This document shows, one piece after another, positions 38,741 through 52,469 of a stretch of DNA of 64,000 nucleotides. Made by a program: the position numbers and the translations under genes. A model generated the notes under the pieces. The model searched no databases, was not told the origin of the DNA, and worked only from the letters and a program-made list of their open reading frames with translations. The first letter of the stretch is position 1, and every line of letters starts with the position of its first letter. Source of the stretch: Lama guanicoe (lineage: Eukaryota); NCBI GenBank assembly GCA_013239625.1, contig MU053645.1, forward strand, positions 620,001 to 684,000. The letters are read 5' to 3'.

Positions 38741-40089
38741 AATTATCTAATTTTAGGAGCATTTTTCTTTAAATGTCTGTTCAGAAAGCAGAAATTTTTT
38801 TCAAGCACCTAAACTCTGCTAGTTACCTTCAGGATGCTTAGTAGATCCTGATTATATGCTGACTAGTCTCCTCCAATAAGACAAGTGTCTTAATCAGGTT
38901 TTAGTCAACTCCAGAAATTAGGATAAATAATCATATTCTGTATACTTAGCCAAAACCTTTCTTACAGAAAAAAAAAAAAGCTAATGATCTGTGGCTGATT
39001 GCTGATCTCTATCTGGGGATTTCTCCATAACTTGCTAGTAGCATAGCAAACACAATCACAGACCTCAAGACCACAATCACAGATTTGCCTTGCAATCAGA
39101 AGCAAATTTATGTAGCCTTACTGAAAAATGCGGATGAATTGTTATCCCTACAAAACTCTGCTTTTCACATTACTGATACAATGTCTATCAAAAACTACAA
39201 TAATCACAGAGGAAATTATACTTTTGAATTACGTTAATGCTGAATGCATCCTACAATATCCACGCTTTGCATTCCTAATCTTACGGTGAGGCTGCATTTC
39301 CTATGAAAATGAAATGCATCATTTGCAAACTGCTTAAGGCTTATGACTGCCAACCAATGTATAGTACTCTTTTGGGGAATGGAAATGTGCCTATTGTTAA
39401 TAGCTATGAATACCATTTTTTAGAGCTTTTTGTTATGGTCAAAGTCATGTCATGTTCATCTTTTAATTCCAGAACCTACCTGCAAAATGGCTGTCCCATA
39501 AAATACATCCAATACATTCTTGTTAAATGAGTAAAGTGCTGATAAATGTAGTGAAAAGACAAGTCAACTTAGTGAATAATTGTCATGATATAATCAATAA
39601 AACTCCTGTATCATTGCAAAGAGTATTGGTATCAAAATATTTCCCTTCATTGATTACAAGTATGTGTTTGTATTTGGTTTCATCCTCAATGTATGTTGGT
39701 AATGCAGTATGAATAAAGTACTGGACTATGAATATTTAAGAGGTATTCAGAAGACAATTATTACACAGTGTCTTGAGCCAAAAGTCATGTATAAAACTAT
39801 TATAAAAATACAAGGTAGGATGGTATGTGAGCCATTATAATGAGTCTATGAATAGTACAATTTAGTGCTAGAAAAATCAAAAGGTTACTCTATCTAGACT
39901 AAAGTAATCACGGAATAATCTTGATTGTATCTAGTAATCAAGGAGGATGTAAGACCTGAACTACAACTGACTATCTAACAAGAGTTGAATTAGTGTAAAG
40001 GAGTGGTGATCAGAATACAAGTGGAGAATAGTGTGGTTAGAAGTACAAAGACTAAGCTTTGTGGTTTTGGAAAACAACAGACAGTTCAA

Positions 40090-40570
40090 GAGTTTTATAG
40101 GATATGTTTCCCATTGCTTTTAGGATAAAGCCAAAATCTTAACATGGCCTTTAAGTTGCTACTTGATTTAGAAACTACCTATTTCTGCACCCCATTCCTC
40201 CCTTCTGTTGCCTCTGATCAAGCCTTGCAAAGGGCACTGCTATCACTTTCTGGAAGATTTTCTTTTGCTTTTGACCTAGGTAATGCCAAGTCACCTTTCA
40301 GATCTTAGTTCAAATATCACCCTCTTTTAGATTAGGTCAACCTCCCATCCTGCCCTGTTATTAGCTATTATAGCACTAGGTACCTCTCCTTAATGACATT
40401 TACCACAGTTGTAATTTTACATTTGCATGATTATGAATCTGCTTCTTCCAATGGACTATTAGTTCTATAAGAGTAGGGATCACCTCTATATTTATTTACC
40501 ATTGTATCCACAGTACCTAACAATGCCTGATGAATAATAGGTGCTCATAAATAAATGGAGTTGGATGATT
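40090..40570 (+). mobile_element. L2 LINE 3' region
   Basis: ttcccattgcttttaggataaagccaaaatcttaacatggcc...ccattgtatccacagtacctaacaatgcctga...taggtgctcataaata. Confidence 0.8.
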
Positions 40571-40634
40571 AAAATAGGGTCAGATTAATGAAGGCCTTTA
40601 CAATGGGCTAGCAAATTTAGCTACATTGAAGCAT

Positions 40635-40860
40635 CATACATTCAGTCATCTAATAAATAAATACTGAATACTTATTATACATTAGACTTTGTATCAGGTA
40701 CAGAAGATACAAAAATGGAAGATACTTCTTGCCTGGGGTCTATTCAATATGAGGGAGACAGATAAAAATAACAGGCATTTACAATGGCACAGAAATATAG
40801 TGCTTTTGGAGCATTAACGAAAAGACCTCCTAGAAGGATAGTGATGGTAAGGGGGGACTG
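40635..40860 (-). mobile_element. L2 LINE 3' fragment
   Basis: cattcagtcatctaataaataatactgaatacttattatacattagactttgtatcaggtacagaagatacaaa. Confidence 0.6.
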
Positions 40861-42392
40861 CCTGGTAGATAAAAGTAATATTTAAATTGATTTTTTGACC
40901 TTTATTCTGCTTATAAGAACAAATACAAAAAGTAACCAATAAAGTAGCATTAGTAGATAATAGAATGCCTTTTAAAGATTGTAGATTAAAAACAAACAGG
41001 AACAAAAATGGTTCAAAGAACTGGAACCCAGAGCATCCATCCGTGCTGCCAATCAGAGCAGATGAGTTAGGAGGACGTGTTTACCAGCCTCCTATTCTGT
41101 GGTCCTTTTGAGGGGATTTCTGAAGATTATACAAATTACCTCATCGCTTTTCTGAAATTTTGTTCAGTCGGCATGTGAAGTATAACGAGCATCTGTTCTA
41201 CAGATAAAACTTTGTCTCCAGACTTAGGAAGAACCCATTTTCTAAATATAGGGTCGACAGGGATATTCTTAAGGAGGAGGTAGAGGACAAGATGTTATTT
41301 CTGTAAATTTATAAATCAAGAAGTATGGACGGAGTTTCTACTGTTTCTCCGGCACTGTGCTAGGCACTATGGAGAAGAGAGGGGAAGAAGGCTATTCTTG
41401 CCCTAGAGGAAGATTAATGTGCCCTTTATAACAGCTGACATTTGAATTGCCCTTCTAGTTGCTACAAAAAGGCACTAAGAAGGAAATAGCTCTTTTTTTG
41501 TATTTATACTGTATTTCATCTCACAGGTAACTATTAGAACTTTTAAAATCATATATAGAAGGGTTAACAACTAAACATCCGAATCTTCCTAAATAAAGCA
41601 TATTGGTTCAGTTCCAGGGTATTTGCTAAAATTAGCAGAGAGCCTTACTTTGAAATAAAAATAGCAAATTACTACTTTGGAAATTGGGCTCTTGGGCATC
41701 TCTGCTTCTATTTCAAATGGTCATTCCTAATTACGTACAAAAAAATCAAATATATCTTTAGATCAGATTTGTCCCTTAGGGCAAAAATAATTATCTTCCT
41801 TCAGCCTATGTATAATATTCCTTCTTTTACTGTGAAGTTAGTCACATCTTTTGGCAAATGACAAGTTAACAAAGTCAAAACAAAGTCTATTGAAATAAGC
41901 AAGTTTATTCTGATGCATTTTTAGAGTCACTATAAAATAGCTTCTCTGAAGCTCTTTCCAGACCAAGATGGTATACAACAAGGGTTAGTTTCTACTAGAA
42001 GAACTGAGCAGGGGATGAAAATGGAATATTTTTTTTTAGGTTGGACGGTTTGGGAAGGGGCCTGGTAGGAAGAAATGAAATGAAATGGTATCCATCAACT
42101 ATCTGCAACATATTGGAACATGACTTTCAAAGCCAACTGAATTCTACTTAGCATAGGTCAATGGGGAGGCAAACAGGGAGTCAATAATAGTATAATTATT
42201 CAGTACTTCTCTGAGTATAAAAGATCTAGTCATAACGCAGCCTCTCCTGTCTCAGAAAGGAAAACTCTGGAAATGGATGAGATCTCCTCAAGAGACTGAA
42301 TATAGTGACAAAAACAGAGAGGTGAGGATGAAAAATTAGGGAAAAATCAACAAAGCATAAGAGAGGAGAGAGGAAGTATCAAAAGAAATGAC

Positions 42393-43600
42393 CTTCATTC
42401 ATTCAACAAATATTTATGAAGCCTTGTAATATTAGGACTGACAAAGACTGTCCATTCACTTGAGGATTCTCAGTTTAGCTGAAAGAGGCAGATGATTTAA
42501 TAGATAATAAAAGCACAGTATTCAAAACTAATACCTCTTCCTGTGCCCTGAATCTTATCTCCTTACTCTTCTGAGACCTTGGCCCATCAAGTTCCTCCTT
42601 CTCTCTATTCTATCTTCAAACTTTCCTTCTTAGCTCAGTCTTTCTTTTGGATTAAACATACACAATTCTCTTAGTTAATGAAAAAAAAAATTCCACTGAT
42701 GTTGTTTCTGAATCTAGCTGTCACTGTCTCTTTCTTCCCTTCCTTTCACATACAAGTTATAAAGTTTCAACTTAACGTATTCCAATTCACTCCTCAATTT
42801 ACTGCTGTCTTCTGCTTTCAAAACTTCTCTGAAGCTTTGATTACTAAGGACATCAGTGACTCCCTAATGACAAATATAATTAATTAGTTCTTATCTTACT
42901 TGACCTGTCTATGGCATTTGATACTGTTGCCCTCATTGAACTTCTATCCTCCTGCCTCCATGGTATCAATTTTCTGGCTCTCTTCCTTACTCTCTAGCCA
43001 TTTCTGTCTTCTCTGAAGCCCTCCTTTAAATATTGGTGTTCTCTAGAACTTCATCTTTGGTCCTCTCCTCATCCTGAATGTTCTTCTTGGTTATTTAACC
43101 CATTCAGACAATATCCATTTCCATCTAGTACACTGTTGACACCAAAATCTTTATCTGTAGGTCATGACCTCTCTCCTGAAGTTCAGACTCAAATATCCAA
43201 CTTTTTACGAAACACTGACACCTGGTACACTAACACAACTCAATGTATCAAAAAGAAGACAGAAAGAAAAGAAAAGGCAAAGCATTAATTATTTTCTTCA
43301 AACCCTGACCATCATGTTTACTTAGTGTATAAGACCAGTCAAGCTGACTACTCCCTCTTCTTTAGCCTAGGCATACAAATGGTAACATAAATCAACCAAT
43401 TTTAACTCTTTAATGTCTCGTACATCTAACTTCTCTCTCATTTTTGGATTTTTTTTTTGTATTCCACTAATTGTTCCTGCTACCTTAGTTCTAATTTTTT
43501 TCATTCTGTCTTCCACATATATATCAGAATGACTTTTCTAAAATGCAGATCCTACTAGGTCACTTGCCTGCGTCAAGCCTCTCAAAGATTCCTTATTGTC
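42393..43600. mobile_element. L2 fragments: short (-) 3' end at about 42393-42520, longer (+) piece at about 42530-43600
   Basis: ttcattcattcaacaaatatttatga; cttatcttacttgacctgtctatggcatttgatactgttg; gacctctctcctgaagttcagactcaaatatccaac; ttttctaaaatgcagatc. Confidence 0.75.
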
Positions 43601-43602
43601 CG

Positions 43603-43760
43603 CAGCAGTGACTCAAACTTTCCTGTGCATAATACCCGGGAGGATTTGTTAAACTAGAGTGTTGGGCCCTATCCCCAAGGTTTCTGATTCATCAGCTCTG
43701 ATGATGGGCCTCAGAATTTACATTTATAACAATTTCCCAGGTTAATTTAGATGTACACTC
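43603..43760. mobile_element. MER5A-like hAT DNA transposon
   Basis: cagcagtgactcaaactt...gggccctatccccaaggtttctgattcatcagctctg...gggcctcagaatttacatttataacaatttcccaggt. Confidence 0.75.
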
Positions 43761-44469
43761 AACAGAATTTATCACTTGGCTTTGCAGGGAGAGAAGGAAA
43801 ACTAAGGAGTGTAGGATGACAGCTGAATTTCTGACATTAGAAACTTAAGAAACTGGGTGAGTGTTGGTGCAATCACTGAGAAGGAAGATATAAGGAGTTA
43901 GCTGGGAAGGGGACAGCAAATGTGATGAGCTTAATTTTGAAAATGTTAAGGTGTATTTTCCAATTACACTCTCTATTTCCATACCCTTACTTGCCTTGAA
44001 CCAATCCTAGGTTCCAGCCACCTTGTACTATTTAAAAGTCACTGAACGCAATGAAGATATATCATGTCTCACTTCTTCTGGGGATCTATATATATGGAAT
44101 TCCTTTGTTTCTCACCCTTCTTTCTGATGACTATCCTATTTATCTGTCATGATCCAGCTTAAGCATCTCTTTCTTATTTTAATCTTCCCTCCCAGCCTTT
44201 ACCTTCTCATCTCTAAAATGAGCTTAAGAATATCTTTTCTCCTTACGATGGCTACACGAGAATGTATATGAGAATATACTTGGCCCCAGAGGAGGAAGAC
44301 TGAATGAAGAAGTGGTCTCTAGTTTCATCTAGAGCTAAGATTTGCATGTTTGAAGAAAGCCCATACATTTGTCAATGACAAAACAATATGCATCATTGTG
44401 TACACTATTCCTAATTCCATCTAGTCAAATAATGTTAAATTCATGAAGTCTCTATACTTCCTAGCTCAT

Positions 44470-45150
44470 AAACAAACAAAATTTATTGAATTATTGGGTT
44501 CTTACTTTGTAGTACTCTGCTAGACTCTCTGGGGAGTTATAGTCTGGTTATAGAGGAAAAAAACTAACATATATCAAATAATTAGAGAGCAATTATGTAC
44601 TAAAATGTGTGCTACAATGATACTAGGGTAATCAGAGTAAGTGGAACTGAGTATCACCAGAAGTAATAGAGAAGACTTCATAGGGGACTTACAGTTTAGG
44701 TTGAAAGTTGGCAGTTGGTGACATTTGGACAGATGGAGAGGAAAGAGGACACTATGTTTTAGGGCAATATGTTTTAGGGCAAAAACAAGAACAAAATTTG
44801 GAGGCAGGACTTAGCATAGACTGTGTAGAAGACAATGAGGAAATCAGATTAACCAGAATAAATGTTAGGGACAAAGTAAAACCAGAGACTAGATTTGTGG
44901 TCAAGGGTGAGCATTTGAAAGATCTTGAAAACTATGCAGAGGCATTTGGTCTTGATACAGTGAGCAATGGGGATTATTTACAGGTTCCTGAATTAAAGAA
45001 GTAGAGTTTGGGTAAGCTAACTCGATAGGTAGTAATTACTGGAGAAAGGAGATTAGTTATAAGAGATGAAAAGGGCCTGAACAAATGTAATGCCATTGAA
45101 CTATCAAAGAAGGGTGATATTCTGAGAATTTGAGAAGGAAGGAAAAGATA
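44470..45150 (-). mobile_element. Diverged L2 region
   Basis: aacaaaatttattgaa...agaagacttcatag...ggcatttggtcttgatacagtgagcaatgggga...gagatgaaaagggcctgaac. Confidence 0.6.
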
Positions 45151-45639
45151 GTTCTTTGTAGATTTTGGAAATGATCAGTGACTCACTATCTGTGCATAAA
45201 AGAATTCCCAAGTCTCTCGAACTCAATAAGGAGCTAGATTAAGAGATTTAGAGGTCTTCAGTTCTGAAAAGATTATATCCCCAAGTACAGGTAATTCAAA
45301 GAAAACACAATTCTAAAATATAAAATAAGTTTTAGCAAATCCAAAAAAGATCTTTTTCTCATGGCTATTTCTATGCTTTAAAATATTTATCAATATTTAT
45401 AGATATCTCTGCATTGTTAATGCCATAAGGATATACTCTTTCTGCACAGCAAGCAATCCAGTATTGCTAATACAATCAGCTAACAACAACCCACTCATGG
45501 TGGTTCAGAATACACAAAAACCATTTTACAGTCACCTCGTTTGATCAGACAATACTGTGAACCTTATTTATACTCATTTTACAGAAAAGCACAAAATTAT
45601 TAAATGACTTGTCAGACACCTTTTGATCAGAGACAAATC

Positions 45640-45800
45640 ATTTTAATTCTCTGAGCCTCAGTTTCCTCATCTATGAAATAGGGAGGTTAATAATAATGCT
45701 TTCAGAGGGTAGCTGCAAAAATTAAATGAGACGTGGCATGTCTAAGTGTCTAGCATAGTCTATATATTTTTCAACAATATTTATTAAATTAACTCAGTAA
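45640..45800 (+). mobile_element. MIR SINE, with an antisense MIR fragment immediately upstream (about 45490-45625)
   Basis: ttctctgagcctcagtttcctcatctatgaaataggg...aaaattaaatgagacgtggcatg. Confidence 0.8.
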
Positions 45801-47465
45801 ATACTCAAAAGTATTTATTGAATTGACATCTTCATGAGATCAACAGATTCTTAGAAAATTCCTCATAACCAGGCTTTAATTCTAATTAACTTTCAGCAAG
45901 TATCCCAATTTTAAAATGGATGCATATCAGAATCAGGGACTTAGAGAGTATAGCAAACAAGAATGCACTAAGATTTGTTAACTTGAAAAAGGGGTCTATT
46001 CAAGATTCTGAATGTTTTCAGCAAAGTCAAAGTCTGGAGGAAACAGACACACATACACACATATACATACACATACACACTCACTCACCATCTCTTCACT
46101 GCAACCGATGGGGATACTAAAGGTACACATATATCTCCATATATGAATTTGAGAACATTGCACATTGCCATGGCTGATTTATGAGGTCCTTTCACTAAGA
46201 GGGATAAATGTATTATTAGGACTACTGAGAATAAGGCTCATAACTCAAAAATATGCCATTTGTACCTTTAAAATATGTCACTGTCAAAATTCCTCATCTT
46301 CTCCTGGGATCTGTGGCATGCTGCACAACGTCCTAAATGTGAAAAATACTTGATATACATTTTGGTGACAATTCAGTAATTCACATACTGGTGAAGTGCA
46401 AGGCAACTGTACCTAGTTTAGACCTCTATTTTTCATCAACTGAGGTCAAGATCAGAGGACATCATTTATCTATTTATGTACTTATCTATGTATTTATTTA
46501 TTGGTTTGTTTTTGTTTATTTTGGTTTTTGGGAGGGGAGAGTAACACAAGATTTTTCTATATAACCTGTGTTTCCTAAGAATGTTTCAAACAAGCTCTGT
46601 GAACTGTTGCTGATGAAAGGTCCTAAATAGACAAGTGAGTAAAACCTCTGTGGTATCTGATTATGCCTCTTAAGTATTCAGAGTAAGTAGCCAACAGAAC
46701 CTGGCTAATCTTTCTATCATTCTAATCTTCAGACACAGTAGGTCTTCTTTAAGCCTAGTGGCCTGGTTTTGCAGAACAGCATATTTTAAATAAACCAAAA
46801 TTATGCTAGAACTGAGACTCCTTAGATATCATTAATTTATTGGAGCACCTTACGACATGATTATTATTCACTCTGGAGTCTCATAAAGAATTGAAGCTAA
46901 CTATATTGGCTGAAATAAAAGAACAAAATATCACAGGCTAGTTTTCTCATGTGTAAAAAGTAGATAACAATAACTATCTTGCCTTGCCTCTGTCACAGAG
47001 CTTTCCCCACAAGTTCAAGGATTAAATGAAGAAAATGTTTGTAAAAATGTTTTATGTGCTATAATGTAAAGCATTATGGTACAGTTGGTGATAGTGATTC
47101 CAAGTTTTTAATTTATTTTATCATATATTTTCTTTACCTATCGACTTTAAAAATTCCTTTTTTTTTTCCCTTTGGTCAGTGGGTCTCTTACCAGATTTAC
47201 CTGAAGAAAGCCATCTGGAATGCTTATTACAAGCTTAGCTTTTCACTCTGGGTATACTAGAGGCAAAAACTCACACCATAGATAGTGTAACCATCTGTGA
47301 AGATATTTCCCCCACCCAGAATTACAACAAATGAAATTTGGTTAATTAGGTCTTGGGAACTGGCTTGCTGTTACTAATATATTAACGTCCCTTAAGTATA
47401 TTAAAGGCCCATAGGTAGTGGGGAATACTATTTTTTAAAGCAATGTCTTTGTACTTTGCTTAAAA

Positions 47466-47567
47466 TACACACACACACACATATATATATGTATATAGAT
47501 ACACATATATATAGATATACACACATATATATATGTATATATACATATAGATATACATATATATATA
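47466..47567. repeat. (CA)n/(TA)n compound microsatellite
   Basis: Directly visible. Confidence 0.9.
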
Positions 47568-47679
47568 AAACTTTTAATTAAGCAGCTAAAGAGGATGATG
47601 ACTGCTGTATACTAATTCATATTACAAAGAGATCACCTTAAATAAAATTCCTCCTACAACGTTTAACTCTTTATTCATG

Positions 47680-47970
47680 CTTATATTCAATAAACATTTA
47701 TTAAACAGCAATTCGGGTACTCTGCTGGATGATGGGATAATTTTTGATGGATAGGCACACTTCTTACTCCTAGGATTCAACAGTATGAATGTTTCTGTAT
47801 CCTTGTAATGCCATCTTGTGAATGGTGAGAAATTTGTGACTGATGAAATGAGGGAGGTGGAAAATGGTGGCATCTGAAGGAGTGGCCAGATCACAAAGGC
47901 CTTCATGATGGAGATCCACTGAAGTTTTAACGTCGTGGAGTTATGTGATTAGATTTGCATTTCAGAAAGA
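47680..47970 (-). mobile_element. L2 fragments
   Basis: atattcaataaacatttattaaacagc; ggccagatcacaaaggccttc...tgtgattagatttgcatttcagaaaga. Confidence 0.65.
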
Positions 47971-48267
47971 GCATGGTATCATCTTCCTTTTTCTCTGAAA
48001 GTCTGACTGTTAAAGAGGCACACTACAGAGGAGGGAAACATGGAAACATATGATGAAAATAATTTTTTAACTGACTTGAAGACAGATGAGTAGGAGATGT
48101 TTATTTTTAAGTGATCTCTAAAAAAGGGACACAAATCAATATGACTAAAGAGAATCTGAGCTCTGCATGTCTCATAGAACATTTCCATAGGCTAGGGGGA
48201 GAGGAGATAGCAGGGATGAGGAAGCATGGGAACAGGGTCGAGGCAAATCTCCATGTTGTCCCAAATT

Positions 48268-48400
48268 GAGCAGATCATACAATGCAGTTGCCTGGGACAG
48301 TCTTAACTTATGCCAGTTGTCCCAGCATAATGATTAGTAATTTATCCTCTTTCATTCTCAAAAGTTATCCAGTTGAAAGATAAATTATATAGTCATCCTA
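48268..48400. mobile_element. MER94-like hAT-Blackjack DNA transposon
   Basis: ttgcctgggacagtc...ctttcattctcaaaagt...ataaattatatagtcatccta. Confidence 0.75.
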
Positions 48401-50416
48401 CCTAAAGGTAGGCTCTACTAACAAAATATTCATTCATCACCTTGAAGTCACTGAAAAAAGAACTATCTTAGACATCCCAGCTGCTGATCTAGACAGAACA
48501 AAGAGAAACATCCTCTAGATTTACTCCACCATAGAAAGCAGTAATTCCCAAAAAGAAAAACATGAGATGACTAATGGGGTGTTTGTCAAACCTATGGCTG
48601 GCTAGCCTCCAGTTCCTACCCTGAAAACATTGAGCACAATTACCCTGAGGAAACTTCTCTAAGACATTCATAGGTCCTGAATGGTTCTTGCCTAACAACT
48701 ATGCATAATCAAGCTCAAGTCATCAAAACAGTAGAATTGGGTAATTAAGAGAGGGACTCAATGGACCATCTTTTAGGGAAAATGGCAATTTAATGCCTGT
48801 GCCAAGCTCCTGTCTGTAGAAGAAAGCAAGGAGGCCCAAAAATGGCAGTATCTAAGACTGTACTTTAATTCCAAAGAGAAAAAAAATCCAACTCAATTTG
48901 ATGCTCCACTTTATGTCAAAGAAACTTTAAAAATCACAAATAAAATAGTCTATAAGTTGTCAGTAGTAACAAAAGAGCCGTATCAAGCAAATGGTCTATC
49001 TTGGAATTCACACTAGGAATGGAGTAGGAAACCACGAAATAATCTTCTACCAAAACTGAGTAGGAAGAAAATCATTCCTGTGAGCAAATTTAAAAAACTC
49101 ATTAAAATTAAAATATAATAATTTATGCTGATAATATAGCATGCTAAGAATTCCTTCACAGTCAATTATTTATAATCAGAAATACAAGCTTTCAACTCAA
49201 GTTGTAAATTTTAATTGACTCTAATAAGGAACTAATTCCCAAAGAGTAGTATCCCTTTTACGTAATAAGACACAAAGCAAATCAAGACAAAATGATAACA
49301 AGATGCAATCAGGATGTGTTAAATAAAACTAAATTGTGGATAAAAGAGATGCTCTACACAAAAAACTTTGACAAATCCAGACAAGAAAATGCAGATTTTG
49401 TCCTAATTAAAGGGTGAATTTAAAAGCAAAATAGTCATTGGCTGTGAGATTGAGAGATGCAAGTCTTCCACTATTTTCAATGGTAAATTGGACCATTATT
49501 GAATTGGCCTCTTCATAGACTGTGGTTATTGCTCTCTCTTGTCTTTTCTTTTCCAATTGTCAGACTAGCTTGTTCTTTAAACATGTGGAAGTTAAGCTGG
49601 CAATTATAAAGATCTCTCAACTAAAAAGCATAAAGTCATTCAATTTTTTTTATATTTGCAGAAAATGTGTGGTCACAACAATTCATTTTGCCTTGTTGAT
49701 GGCATTAACTTTGAGTCATTAATAGTGAAAAAAATCATTTTGTTTTTGTACATTATTTGTTTTGACCCAAAACTTCTTGTGGTATGTCTCAATATGAGTA
49801 TAGTTTAAATGTTTTGTTTAGGCAAGCAAAATTGTGGCAGCTGACAAGGTCAGAGTTACTAATTTATGCTCTTACAGAATAGCTTGTTTTCTTCAATTAC
49901 TCATGTACTAAAGACTCAAAGCATAATATACACCAATCACTTTCTGTTTTTTTTTAATTAACCTAAGCTGAGGAGGTCTTAGTTTTTAAGTGTACTGCAA
50001 ATGCCAAGTCCTTTGTTCCCTAATTTGCAAAGACATTTTTATTAAGTTAAATGTTATGATGAAATAATTTCACATGGTAATTTACATTTTACTTACAGGG
50101 TAGTTTTACATGTTTCACAGTAAGGAAATGGCCCTAATTACTGAGATGCCATAAACAAAATAAAACAGAATTGTCCACTCATAATCATTAAATTAGATAC
50201 ATTTTTACAGCAAATGCACACAGTGAAAATTATAATGAAAGATGGATGCAGGTGACAAGTTTGACAAATAAGTATACAATTTCTGATCACAGGTCCAAAA
50301 CAGCAACAAAAAGAATATTCTTTATAATGAATTTGGCCTCATGCTCTGTCTTTACAAATAATCTGAGATTCATAGTGTTAAATAAATATTATACAATTGT
50401 GTGTATATGTATATAT

Positions 50417-50554
50417 CTTCTACTCTGAACCTCAAAAGGATGATACACTTGAAAGCTAGAAGGTACCTTAAAGATCATATTGTTTATACTGTCTCTTTCT
50501 CCAGAATTCTCATTTTATAGATGAGAAAGCTGAGGCTCAGAGAGGTAAAGTACT
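50417..50554 (+). repeat. Donor copy of a 138-bp local direct duplication
   Basis: 134/138 identical to 51233-51370. Confidence 0.95.
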
Positions 50555-50625
50555 TTCATTGATGTCCCATAAGAGGATGGTGGCAGAGCCAGGTTGAGAA
50601 CTCATGTCTTCTGCATCTCACTTTT
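50495..50625 (-). mobile_element. MIR core
   Basis: ctcattttatagatgagaaagctgaggctcagagaggtaaagtactt...tggcagagccaggttgagaactc. Confidence 0.85.
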
Positions 50626-51112
50626 ATTATTTAACAGAGCTAGGGAAATGTCCTAACGTATTAAGACAGCAAGACTGTATTTATCTCTTACATTCACATC
50701 AGTATTTCTCAAACTAGAGCTTCTTCGGGGTGAACCTTTCAATGAGAATACATATGTGCGTGTGTGTGTGTGCGCACTTCAACTTTTATGTTTCAAGTAA
50801 ATTAAATCAACAAAATATGTTTTCAATAGTCTAGGTGATCATCCCAAAATTGCATATTGCCACATGGCTTTAGTGCCAACATTTATACGTTTGTTTGTGA
50901 TTATATTGGCACCAACTAGTACTATATATAAATGTATATAAATGATGTCTTTGTATTTAATGAGAACCAAAGGACATCATGGTGCACCATAGTCCAGATA
51001 ATAAAAAGTGGTAGGGAAACTGAAACACCTCACAGCACACAGTAACACACCCATGTGCAACTCAGAAGAACATGCACTTGTCAATCAGTACATAGTCACA
51101 TTTCATGCAATG

Positions 51113-51187
51113 ATTTTTTCCTTTCTTTATTATTAAAGTATAGTTGATTTACAATATTGTGTTAGTTTCAGACATACAGCAAAGTGA

Positions 51188-51234
<47 letters not shown>

Positions 51235-51570
51235 TCTACTCTGAACCTCAAAAGGATGGTACACTTGAAAGCTAGAAGGTACCTTAAAGATTATATTGTT
51301 TATACTGTCTCTTTCTCCGGAATTCTCATTTTATAGATGAGAAAGCTGAGGCTCAGAGAGGTAAAGCACTATATATATATATATAGTATGTATTCTTTTT
51401 CAGATTCTTTTCCATTATAGGTTGTTACAGATATTGACTATAGTTCCCTGTGCTGTACAGTAGGTCCTTGTTGTTTATCTATTTTATATATAGTAGTGTG
51501 TATCTGTTTATCCCAAATGCCTAATTTTCCCTCCCTCCCTTTTCCCTTTGGTAACCATAAGTTTATTTAC
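51113..51570 (-). mobile_element. Cetartiodactyl-type L1 3' end with internal (TA)n tract holding the duplicated segment
   Basis: aagtatagttgatttacaatattgtgttagtttca...atagttccctgtgctgtacagtaggtccttgttgtttatctattttatata...ccctttggtaaccataagttt. Confidence 0.9.
51233..51370 (+). repeat. Inserted copy of the 138-bp duplication, flanked on both sides by (TA)n
   Basis: (AT)n at 51191-51232, copy, then (AT)n at 51371-51385. Confidence 0.95.
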
Positions 51571-52469
51571 TACTGCTTAACACGACTTTTAAATTTATCA
51601 GTTTTGTGGTTATATTTATGTTTCATTTGTAATTCCATTTTTGAATAAAAGTTATAGGTCTAAGGATTTACAACTAATTCAATATCTGTCTGGAATTTTA
51701 TAAAGGCATAGTAAACGTAATTTAAAACTACCACAGGGGTATACAGGAAGTTTTCTTCCTTTAAAGACCTAATTTCCTAACTGGTTCGTTTTCTGAATGG
51801 GACTACATCCTATCATCCTGTTGTGGCTTCACATTGGTGCAGACGGGTCTACAAGGCAGAGGAACATCCTAACAAATTAAATCTGAGGTTGCATCTTACT
51901 GAAACACCAACATCATGGAGAAAGAGAAGGATGAAATGCCTACAGGTTGTAAGCCTTTGCTCCTTCTAGGTTATCATCAATTCCTTTGGCTTCCACTATC
52001 GTATCTCCTCATACCTCTCTTTTGCCTTCAGAGCCTTGTTCTGTTTTCACATTTAAGCTTCAATTCCATATTTCATCTGCTTAATAGATCCTTCTACTTG
52101 GACATCTTACCACCAACTCAGTCTCAGAATGTCAGAAACCAAATTAAGTATTTTTTCTCCCATGTCTTTGATCCCTTTAGATTAAAAAATAATAATAATA
52201 ATCTCCATCAATAGGACAGTCATTCTCCTTGTCACTCAAATCTGAGATTTGGCAAATCCCATTGCTTTTTTCTCCAAAATGACTATTGCATTCATATCCT
52301 CCTTCCTGTTCTCATTGTCATTGACCCAGTTTATACCTTTATCTCCTCACATCTGGATTATTTTAAAGAATCATTCAATTGTGTTACTATGTACTATGTT
52401 GTATTATCCTGGTAATTATGACCACAATCTCTGGAAATTGGCTGCCTACATTTAAATCTCTTTTAAATA

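Noticed and set aside
44753..44782. Perfect 15-bp tandem duplication TATGTTTTAGGGCAA x2
   Set aside because: An ordinary slippage duplication inside an L2 remnant; similar small duplications occur near 31152, 58382 and 59870.
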